Assembly: GCA_964016885.1 (NCBI GenBank)
Contig: OZ024740.1
Span: 211,048,001-211,112,000, forward strand
Reading direction: 5' to 3'
DNA length: 64,000 bases
Source of the DNA: Eledone cirrhosa
Lineage: Eukaryota
Below the pieces are notes generated by a model that saw only the letters and a list, made by a program, of their open reading frames with translations, did not search any database and was not told the DNA's origin. Shown here piece after piece: positions 11,542 through 21,502 of the stretch (its first letter is position 1; each line of letters starts with the position of its first letter). The position numbers and the translations under genes were made by a program.

Positions 11542-11712
11542 AATGGCTTCTACAGGACTAGAACTGTTTCATTTGTATGGAATCATCAGTTCATTTTATG
11601 AGTTACACAGTTCTAGTCCTGTAGAAGCCATTCTATATTAAATTATGTTTACACTCTACTAATGTATTGAGTACCTTTTTTAACTATGATTACCCTGATT
11701 TACTTGAGATCT
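11542..11712 (+). mobile_element. Hairpin-plus-tail element, putative PLE pLTR remnant
   Basis: 26-bp inverted arms at 11542-11567 and 11607-11632. Minus strand has CTGATGA..GAAAC. The tail carries ACTCTAC..GTATTGAGTAC. Confidence 0.65.
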
Positions 11713-11999
11713 ACACACACATATATTCTAAGATAATTCAAAAACAGAAAATAACTGTAAACACAGTTGATTGCTATACATAATAGCTTAGAAAATTAGG
11801 TAAAAAGATATACAGACAGACAGAAAAAAGTGATGAGCAGCCACTACAAAGAAAGAACTCATTGAAATGTATGTATATATGTATATCTGTGTGTGTGCAG
11901 AGAGAGGATATACATTTCTGATATTCAAAGATGTGAGATATTTTGGTAAAGGCTAAAAGAGAGTATATAAAATCCAGCTTCATCTCTCATCATTAAAAT

Positions 12000-12185
12000 T
12001 TAATTGTTTCTACTTTAGGCACAAGGCCAGCAATTACCCAGTGCATTACTGGTACTTTATTTTATCGACCCCGTAAGGATGAAAGGCAAAGTTAACCTCG
12101 GTGGGATTTGAACTCATAATGGAAAAGGCCATAACTCTTTGCGTCAAAGCATGGCGTCCGACCCTCTACCGATACTGCCAAAATG
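12000..12185 (-). mobile_element. tRNA-derived SINE, family with central GCCTTTCATCCTTACGGGGTCGATAAAATAAAGTACCAG domain
   Basis: Reverse complement of 15816-16005. Confidence 0.85.
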
Positions 12186-13517
12186 AGATACACATGGAAA
12201 GGTGTTAAGCAAAACAACTGAGTTTCATTTTTCTCTTTTCATTCACACATCAAGATTTCAAGCATATTTGAATATATATATTATATTCACATCATAACCC
12301 AACCACCACAATTTTAATACGTGGATTATATAACTTTCAACTTTCTATCTCATAGCACCTATCTTCTTTCATTTTAACCATCCTTAGCTAACAATTTCAA
12401 ATAAGAAGCATTTTCCTATCTTGCATAACATCACATACTTTTCTTCTATATTTTGCTCCAAGCATTAAGTGTTGAGCTGTTAGACTTAGGAGAGAAGAAA
12501 GGCAAGAAATGTGCTATTTTAATTTTAGCTTTTGCAATTGTGATAAATATATGTGTCTAATCTACAAAATATTCTTTTAAATTCGATAGCTTTTCTTTCA
12601 TATCTCTACAATTTTTTTTTTTACTAAACTTAAGTTCGGATTCTATTAATCATTGTCTGCTACTCTCCCTTATATCCCCTCTCTCTCTTTTATCCTCCTT
12701 CTCTATCTCTCTCTCACACATGAAAATATTAACTAACTTCAAAGTTTTGGTACAACCATTATGTTGTGCCTTAGCCAAACATTACTAAGTTTAATTTAGT
12801 TTGTCTAGAAAATAGGTGCAGATCCCACATTACTATTACATATTATACAAATGTAAAAGTAAAGATTGAACCATGGAAACAATTTTTTCCACTGGTCTTT
12901 CCATTACTGATACTCTCTGTTGGTCACAACACCTGGCAGTATCTAAGAGAAAGGTACAAATACTCCAACAGTACACAAAAATAGAAACTTTAAACAAACA
13001 AACCTAGTATGGGAAAATATATAGAAAATTAAAACACAAACATTGATATACATTATTAAAAAAAAACATTATAGTTAAAAGTTATTGATTATTAGGAAAT
13101 TACAATAAGAAATCTGCAATCTTAGACAAAAATAAAAAATTTGAATATTTTAGTAGTATTTAAGGCAAATGGAATATAATTTGAATAAAGAATCAACCTG
13201 AAAGTCTGTCAAGATAAAAAAAAATGGGAAAAACAATTGAAAGCCAAGAGAGTATCCTCTTACATACTCCAGTCGAACATAGAAGTAATAGGGATGAAAT
13301 CTAAAGTATATAGTAATATAGTGTTGTTTAAGATGGAGTATGTTGATAGAACAGAGCCAAAATCCATGTACAGAAATAAATATGTTGGAACATTGCAAAT
13401 GAAGTATATTGAATGTTTTGTTTTCTTTTCTGACTTTGTTTGTATATTCCGTTTTAGTTATTAGCAATGAATAACAATGAAATGTAGAGTGTGTTCTTAC
13501 ACATGTTTAAAAGTAAA

Positions 13518-13975
13518 TAGGTTAGACAGCAATATTGGGAAGTCAGTAAATTGCAGAAGATAGGTTAGACAGCAATATTGGGAAGTCACTAAATTGCAGA
13601 AGATAGGTTAGACAGCAATATTGGGAAGTCACTAAATTCCAGAAGATAGGTTAGACAGCAATATTGGGAAGTCAGTAAATTGCAGAAGATAGGTTAGACA
13701 GCAATATTGGGAAGTCAGTAAATTGCAGAAGATAGGTTAGACAGCAATATTGGGAAGTCAGTAAATTGCAGAAGATAGGTTAGACAGCAATATTGGGAAG
13801 TCAGTAAATTGCAGAAGATAGGTTAGACAGCAATATTGGGAAGTCAGTAAATTGCAGAAGATAGGTTAGACAGCAATATTGGGAAGTCAGTAAATTGCAG
13901 AAGATAGGTTAGACAGCAATATTGGGAAGAGAAGACAGTAAATTAAAGTTGATAGGTTAGACAGCAATATTGGAA
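13518..13975. repeat. 43-bp minisatellite, about 10 near-identical copies
   Basis: Unit ataggttagacagcaatattgggaagtcagtaaattgcagaag. Confidence 0.95.
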
Positions 13976-14532
13976 AGAAGACAATTAATTAAAGTTAAAT
14001 ATATATCAAGTAACAATGATTTGTGTGATTGACTTGACATGCAAAGAGGAAAAAAATTATAGAATAACAAATGCTTGGTGTAACATTCACAGAAATTAAG
14101 CAAATTGGAGATCAGCAGAATGGATATATCTTGTGGCACAGAAATCCCCACCCCACAAAAAAACCGTCTTGACATCTACAGTTTAAAAAATGTTATCATA
14201 AAGAGTGCAGGTTTTGTTGTGAATATAATGAAAATTTAAAAAAAGTTACAGATGAAAACATTTATATAGTATTAATACAATTTTAAATGATGTTGAGATG
14301 TTGAATTTTATATAGAAATTCTTGAAGTTTTACGACTGAATATATTGATTAGATGTTGAGTTGCAGCTTCTTAATACTTGACCTAGTAATGTCCTCATGA
14401 AATTACACATATTCAGCTTGGAGAGATAATCAAGTGACTTTAAGTAAATATTCAGATAATTTGTAACACTAATGATATGCAATAGTTTTTAGAACCAAAA
14501 AAATACTGAAAATGCCATGGATATATATATAT

Positions 14533-14700
14533 ATAGGAAAAAGTATGACCCCGACGGCAGAGCTCAAGCCGTTTCGACGGCTATTTCTGAGCTCTGCCGT
14601 CGGGGTCATACTTTTTCCTATTACCCACTCTACTACCCTAAGTATTGAGTACTCTGGTGCGTTATGGTCAATCTGGTTCCATACCACAATTCCTTTGTTA
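14533..14700 (+). mobile_element. Hairpin-plus-tail element in (TA)n, putative PLE pLTR remnant
   Basis: Perfect 34-bp arms at 14533-14566 and 14588-14621. The loop contains GTTTCG (CGAAAC on minus). An 80-bp tail carries GTATTGAGTAC. (TA)n on both sides. Confidence 0.7.
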
Positions 14701-15004
14701 TATATATATATATATATATATATATACAAATAAACTCGAAAAGACTTATTAAAGAATCTTTTGATTGAAATAAAATTATATCACCTAAAATAAAACCACT
14801 ATGATCATCTATATAATTGAAGTAGGGAAAGTTCATACAATCATCTATATAATTGAAGTAGGGAAACTTCATATAACTATATAGTGATAAATATTAAACA
14901 GCATATGTTACAACTTAGATGTATAGCTTAACTCTTATATCGCAATGATTTAGCTGAAAATATCTTTAAAAGATGGGATTGTTAATTTGAATACTTATAG
15001 TAAA

Positions 15005-15400
15005 CTCATGGACAGGTGTCTGCTCATGACAAACAATCTAATCCTTCACAGTGTGTCTCCTCCTGACAAGCAATCCAATTCTTTACAGCTCTGTTACAGG
15101 TGAGTCTCCTCATGACAAACAACTAACCTTTCACAGCTCTATTACAGATGTGTCCGTTACAGGTGTCTGCTCATGACAAACAACTAACCTTTCACAGCTC
15201 TGTTACAGGTGTGTTCGTTACAGGTGAGTCTCCTCATGACAAACAATCTAACCTTTCACAGCTCTGTTACAGGTGTGTCCGTTACAGGTGAGTCTCCTCA
15301 TGACAAACAACTAACCTTTCACAGCTCCGTTACAGGTGAGTCTCCTCATGACAAACAACTAACCTTTCACAGCTCTGTTACAGGTGTCACCTCATGACAG
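15005..15400. repeat. Variable-length (about 47-63 bp) minisatellite
   Basis: Core unit tgacaaacaactaacctttcacagctctgttacaggtgagtctcctca. Confidence 0.9.
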
Positions 15401-15815
15401 ACAATAACAATATTTAATCTGATACTACCAAAGCACTCAGAACAAACACGACAAATTAAATTTTGAATACAAACAAAACATTAATTGAACATCAAATATA
15501 ATCAATATTTATAAATGCATCATATCCATAGCTAAATCAATCAATCACCACAAATATAACCGTTAGAGTCAGGATGTATAATGAATGTGGAAGTCTATAA
15601 CCATATGAAAATAATGTAACATGGTTCAAAAGAAGGTTCTCTGAAGAAGTTAGCTTCAAACAAACCTAAGTCTAAAATTAAAAAAAAAATATAAAGGAGA
15701 ACCTTGAACCAATGAACACTACAAACATTACATTGGTCTAACATATTAACATATCACCATTAACATGATATCCACATTAGCATGATATCCACATTAACAA
15801 ATATAAACAAGCACT

Positions 15816-16005
15816 GTGGATTGGCAGTATCGGTAGAGGGTCTGACGCCTTGCTTTATAGCAAAGAGTTACGGCCCTTTATGGTCTGAGTTCAAATCCCG
15901 CCGAGGTTACCTTTGCCTTTCATCCTTACGGGGCCGATAAAATAAAGTACCAGTAATACACTGGGATAATTGTTGGCCTTGTGCCAAAAGTAGAAATAAT
16001 TATTC
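15816..16005 (+). mobile_element. tRNA-derived SINE (central domain resembles Meta/MESC-type, from memory)
   Basis: A box TGGCAGTATCGG, B box GAGTTCAAATCC, central GCCTTTCATCCTTACGGGG.CGATAAAATAAAGTACCAG, ATT tail. Further copies at about 23752-23935(+), 27975-28140(-), 31480-32095(-, three), 37125-37330(-), 58645-59260(-, two) and 59500-59660(+). Confidence 0.85.
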
Positions 16006-16500
16006 ACTTTCTCTGTTTTTGTTACAGATATCAACTTGTTCAGGTGCTGAACAACAATCCCACCAAATTGACCTTCCTCTTGATTGATACCATAAAAAGA
16101 AAAACATCCCAATTTCTATCCAAGGCTGAATCCCTTCAATCTTAACATACAAAACATACAACTGAAGACATTCAGAATACTATAAACAATCCCTGTTATA
16201 ACAATGACTAAAGAGTCAGCTAGAAAAACTTTCAACAAAAGACAGAGGACTGCAGAACAGGATACAGCCCATATAATACATATGCAATAAATCAATGAAC
16301 ACTAACAGCTTTGAAAAGATTAATAAATCATTAAAAAATAATTGATATTAATATTTTACTATTTAACCACCAAGAAGTTATCAATGTTGATGATCTCAGA
16401 AGTTAAGGGTCAAAACACTTGAGTGGGGTTTCTTCTCTGAAGACCTTCTGTTGTCCAGCTCTCCTGAGAGATTCTTACCATTATAACAAGTTTATATCTA

Positions 16501-16726
16501 TTAACCCTTTATCACTTACATTACTCTATATATATTATTGTTTTTTTGTGGTAAAGGCTTTATCTCACATAATTATCTTACATAATATCGACTCTATGAG
16601 ATTTTGATATTTATTTTGACAACAATACCCTAACATCAGTATCAGCAACCAGTTACAGCCAGTTTAAACAGAAAGAGGTGAGAGAGTTCTGGCTGGATAC
16701 AGCCGGTTTAAATGCTGAAGGGTTAA
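16501..16726. mobile_element. piggyBac-like MITE (TTAA-CCCTTTA...AAGGG-TTAA)
   Basis: TTAA-flanked CCCT termini. Same family at about 49927-50144, 58890-59099 and 60498-60712. Confidence 0.8.
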
Positions 16727-16994
16727 ACAAACGCTGGCATTTCATCTTAAAATGTTTTCATTGATACTAGAAGTCACTATTCTCTGCCAAAAGTGTTTAT
16801 ATGCGTGTGTGTGTGGGGTGGGGGGTCTGTGTCTCTCGCATGTTATATATATCATTACCTGAGTATAAATTCATAATTATGAAAGAATGAGTCTGATATG
16901 TAAACATAAAGATAGTTAATATATTATTTAATACATGGTAAATTAGGCATATATTTTCATAAAATATCTAAATTTCATTGGTTGTTGAGAAGAG

Positions 16995-17110
16995 CAACTC
17001 ATAGTGAAAGAAATTCTGAAAAAGGGATGGTTGAATTGATCTGTGTGAGATGAGAAGACAAGTACTTGATATAAAAGTGAGAATCAGTGGTTCCATAGAC
17101 AGGTGGATGG
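16995..17110 (-). pseudogene. Ancient PLE RT fragment
   Basis: VYGTTDSHFYIKYLSSHLTQINSTIPFSEFL resembles the PLE motif YxKPTDSHxYLxYxSSHPxxxKxSIPxSQFL. Confidence 0.5.
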
Positions 17111-18631
17111 TGCCAATTGTGACAAAAGTAAAAAAGGTGATGGAAATATTGGATGATAGCAGTGAATTCTTGTGCAGAGCAAAAATTATTGATAGAGATA
17201 AAAGTGAAGTAGTTAGTAGTAACCATTAAGTGTAACTATATAAGTTAACGTCCAGTGAACTGGACACAAATCTGAGTCTTACTAGGGTCTACAAAAAGTT
17301 AGTGCAACAAAGGTTCATCTAAGTCCCAATATCTTATCTGTCAAAATTTGGTGAAACTCAAAAGAAGTAGTTTTAAGTTGGGATGTGTTTTACATGTTTC
17401 AAAATAGAATAAAATTTTAAGATTTAACCCTACTTTTTGACAATATAACCTCACATTTAACCCTACTTTTTCACAATATGACCTGAGAATCAGTTACAGA
17501 CTAATCCATGTCAGAGCTTACTTAAATCTGCTTCCCAATTCATAGGGACATAATGAAAAATACTTCTTAGTCTACATACTAATCACCTTGATAATCCCTA
17601 CACACTTGCTCGACCTGCTAAACATAGCAACCAAATCTCTCCTAAATCATACCCTACTATTTGGAAAAAGAGAACACACTGAATAATGTAGTCCTGGATA
17701 TCCATGAAGACAAAATGACAATGGCTACCATACCTTGATTACAGGTCTACTCAAACATGGTTGACATGGGGCTCAATAACAACAACTTATATGTAGATAA
17801 ACTAAGTTGTATACTGAGTATAGTTTGACATCTGTTAAGACATGGCTGGCACACACCCACGCACAAACATACTCACACATGCACAAACACACTCACACAT
17901 GTATATCCTCATCATCACCACCGCATGGGTTAAATGGGTTGCCACATACTGAGGCTAGACTAATCAGGTGATTATGTCTTGCATGTACCACCATTTTTTG
18001 CTTGGTTTGGCACAAGTACAATGACTTGACAGATTGGCTAGATATAATTTTATGAAGAGACTAGTAGTGGAGAGGCACTGTTGGGAGCTGGGAGAGTGTC
18101 ACACCACCATTGAAGAGGAGGCAGTGAATGGTGGAGGTAGTTTTGCAGAGAGTAAGTTGTATCTAGTGTAATATTGTCAAGCATCTCTGGCTTTTCTTGT
18201 TGACATGGGTTGGGCAAGAGAACTGAATCTGGGATGTGGGTGGGAGTACATATTTCCACAATACTGACATGGGTTGGGCAAGGAAGGTGAACCTGGCATG
18301 TGGGTGGATGGGAAGTTGAAGCATAATATGAGGTGGGGGAACATTACTTCTTTCTGTGCTGGCATGAGTTAGATGAGGAAAATGAGGGTGTAGAATGTGA
18401 ATGGAGGGGCGTTTGAGGAGTGGGTGGTTTGTAGTGGGGAAGGTGGGCAGAGGAGTGGGGTCTATTTTTCAATGCTGGCACAAGTTGGGTGAAGAAAGGA
18501 GGATTCAGTGGTGAGAATAGAGAGGTGATGTTGGTGATGAGAGATAATGAAGGAGGAGGGGTATGGGGTCTTATAAAGGTTGTTACACCTTTCTGCTTGC
18601 ATTTCATCTCAGATGGTGAGTCTTCATACAG

Positions 18632-19255
18632 TACTCAATCCTAAGTCATCTCCTTCATGAGACTCAGCTCCGTAAGGTCAGCCATTATAGCATGTCTCAG
18701 ATTACTCAATCCTAAGTCATCTCCTTCATGAGACTCAGCTCCGTAAGGTCAGCCATTATAGCATGTCTCAGATTACTCAATCCTAAGTCATCCCCTTCAT
18801 GAGACTCAGCTCTGTAAGGTCAGCCAATATAGCATGTCTCAGATTACTCAATCCTAAGTCATCTCCTTCATGAGACTCAGCTCTGTAAGGTCAGCCATTA
18901 TGGCATGTCTCAGATTACTCAATCCTAAGTCATCTCCTTCATGAGACTCAGCTCCGTAAGGTCAGCCATTATAGCATGTCTCAGATTACTCAATCCTAAG
19001 TCATCTCCTTCATGAGACTCAGCTCCGTAAGGTCAGCCATTATAGCATGTCTCAGATTACTCAATCCTAAGTCATCTCCTTCATGAGACTCAGCTCCGTA
19101 AGGTCAGCCATTATAGCATGTCTCAGATTACTCAATCCTAAGTCGTCATCTTCATGAGACTCAGCTCCGTAAGGTCAGCCATTATAGCATGTCTCAGATT
19201 ACTCAATCCTAAGTCATCTCCTTCATGAGACTCAGCCCCGTAAGGTCAGCCTTAT
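18632..19255. repeat. 71-bp minisatellite, about 9 copies, RTE-derived
   Basis: Unit tactcaatcctaagtcatctccttcatgagactcagctccgtaaggtcagccattatagcatgtctcagat. Confidence 0.93.
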
Positions 19256-19349
19256 AGAATTATAACTGATAGAATTATAACTGAAATGTAGAAGTTAATA
19301 AAATAATTTGAAGTATTAGCTTTCCTTTTTCACTTAAATTAATACATTA

Positions 19350-19802
19350 AAGCAAGCTCCGATGTCTGGCAACTGGCTTGGTAGACACCAACAAAATTAT
19401 TAACCATCTTGCCAACAACAACCCTGAGTACCTTTTTGAATTTCATATGTCTTACACCCATGGACATGCTTACAAAATCAGAAAACAGTACAGTTCCCAT
19501 GACTTTCGGAAACATTTTTTTATACTCAGAGTTGCTGAAGCGTGGAACAAACTTCCTGCATCAGTTGTTAACTGTCAGGACACTGCATCCTACAAAACTT
19601 CCATGCTTCCCGAAATTCGCCAACACTACACCTGATATTCCTCCTCCATACACACACACGCATATATCTGTGTGTATATTATGACTCATACACTGTTCAC
19701 TTTCCTGACATTTGTACATTATTCTATGTACTATACATGCACCTTTGATGAGTTGTAGTGCACCTGAGCCCTGTACACAATAATTTTCATTATTATTATT
19801 AT
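19350..19802 (+). mobile_element. CR1/L2-group LINE 3' end
   Basis: THGHAYKIRKQYSSHDFRKHFFILRVAEAWNKLP matches TRGH..K..R..FF..RV...WN.LP; (ATT)n tail. Confidence 0.8.
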
Positions 19803-20097
19803 ATATATATATCATCATCATCATCATCGTCGTTTAACGTCCATCTTCCACGCTAGCAAGGGTTAGATGGGTTTGTCCCATTTAGAGGCAAGTTGGGTTG
19901 GGTGACCGTGTGTCACTCATATAGGACTGTTTCTGGCTAGTTTTCTATGGCTTGATGCCCTTCCTAGCGCCAACCACAGTAATTTATTATGGCTAAGTGG
20001 TGACCCTTGTTACTCTGGAGTTTCACCTGCGCACATACACAATAAGCCATAAAATGAATATTTAAACTCTACTTGGTATTGAGTACTTATGTATATA

Positions 20098-20139
<42 letters not shown>

Positions 20140-20150
20140 CACACACACGT

Positions 20151-20184
<34 letters not shown>

Positions 20185-20250
20185 TTGAGCATACAAGCCC
20201 AGCAACAGGTGAATATATCTTATCTCTCTTAATTTAAGGATCAGAAACTC

Positions 20251-20349
20251 CCTTTCTGATGATCAAGTAATTTTTGGCAGTAATTAACCATCTTAATTAA
20301 TTAGGATTATTGATTCTGTTATTTTAACTTGTGAAACTGTAGTTAGAGG
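20251..20349 (+). ncRNA. Type I hammerhead ribozyme with extended stem II
   Basis: Stem I CCTTT/AGAGG; CTGATGA at 20256-62; stem II CAAGT..ACTTG enclosing GGCAG/CTGTT; GAAAC-TGTA-GTT. It lies inside a roughly 370-bp segment (about 20190-20560) bounded by TA repeats. Confidence 0.72.
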
Positions 20350-20799
20350 ATATATAAAATGTTTGTTATAAAAAATGTTTGCTTCAAGGGATACACTAGT
20401 GAGGTTTTTTATTTTACAGTGATCTTCCTTTGAGTCAATTCTGAGCCTTAATCGAGATGGTTCTATATTTGTATTTATAAACTTATTCCAACCCCCTATT
20501 ATTTATGAGCCGAGAGTATACACCCATATTCAAACAGAATTATACAACACGTTTGTATATATATTGTCAGACAACATAACTAATGATCTCTTTATTCAGT
20601 AGTATCTATTGGATAGTTTTCTATTTCTATTTTGTGTTCCAGTTGACAGGCTGAGACCATGCTGGGGCACTGCCATTGATGCAACACTTTCTATAGTCAG
20701 CCTTCTTAGGTTGGACATTGGTGCCAAAAGGGAGTTTGTTGCTGCTGCTCTTATTTGTGCTTCGCCACGTGCTGTGGGTTCATCCGAGATCCCTGTCAG

Positions 20800-21020
20800 T
20801 AGAATGTTGTGATGTCTCTTGAAAACATCTACAACATGTAAATCTCTCAGACTCTTTGGCAGCTTATTAAAAATCAGGGGTTCCTTGAACCCCAGGCTAT
20901 TGTAGTATGTAGTCCTTATTCTCGATGCGACAGATGGGACCTTTGCACAATACAGTGGCGTCCTGTTTATGAGCTGGTCTTGCCTTCAATGCTGAAGTTT
21001 GGTGCTAACCCTTCCAGGAT
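20800..21020 (-). mobile_element. Degraded LINE (CR1/Jockey-group) 3' fragment
   Basis: RIRTTYYNSLGFKEPLIFNKLPKSLRDL. Confidence 0.5.
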
Positions 21021-21269
21021 AGTTGATATATTAAATATAATTTTTTAAAACATAGCTATTAGACAATGATGTACAAAATCCTATCATGTGAAAAATATTT
21101 AGCTTACGTGAATAAATATTTTATAGTGTTCTAAAAGTGATATTGTAAAAATAGTTTATCATTGAATCAACAATTTAATAAAGCCTTTTCGGATATAGAG
21201 ATAAATCTATCTAATATATTGTCAAATTGTTAATATTCCTTCTCTCACCTCTCAATATCTCTCTCCTTC

Positions 21270-21323
<54 letters not shown>

Positions 21324-21325
21324 CA

Positions 21326-21502
21326 CAGGTAAAATTCCGTTATTAACAAATACCATTATAACGAATTTTTCAGTATAACAACATTTTCTTCAATCCCTGG
21401 CCACACACCCGATGTGTTAGGTCAATCTCATTATCAAGAATTTTTCGTCACAACAAATATTGTTTTATACCTTGTGAATTTTGTTATAACGGAATTTCAC
21501 TG
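21326..21502. mobile_element. pogo/Tigger-like MITE
   Basis: TIRs caggtaaaattccgttattaacaaa / tttgttataacggaatttcactg. Confidence 0.7.

Noticed and set aside
13518-13975. Regular arrays resembling CRISPR (also 4823-5249, 18632-19255, 46512-47146)
   Set aside because: Units are head-to-tail with no unique spacers, there are no cas genes and the context is eukaryotic; these are minisatellites.
18050-18607. Pro/Ser-rich minus-strand ORFs as further R3HDM exons
   Set aside because: Frames are broken, there is an internal duplication, no clear splice sites, and the segment is contiguous with an RTE 3' remnant.
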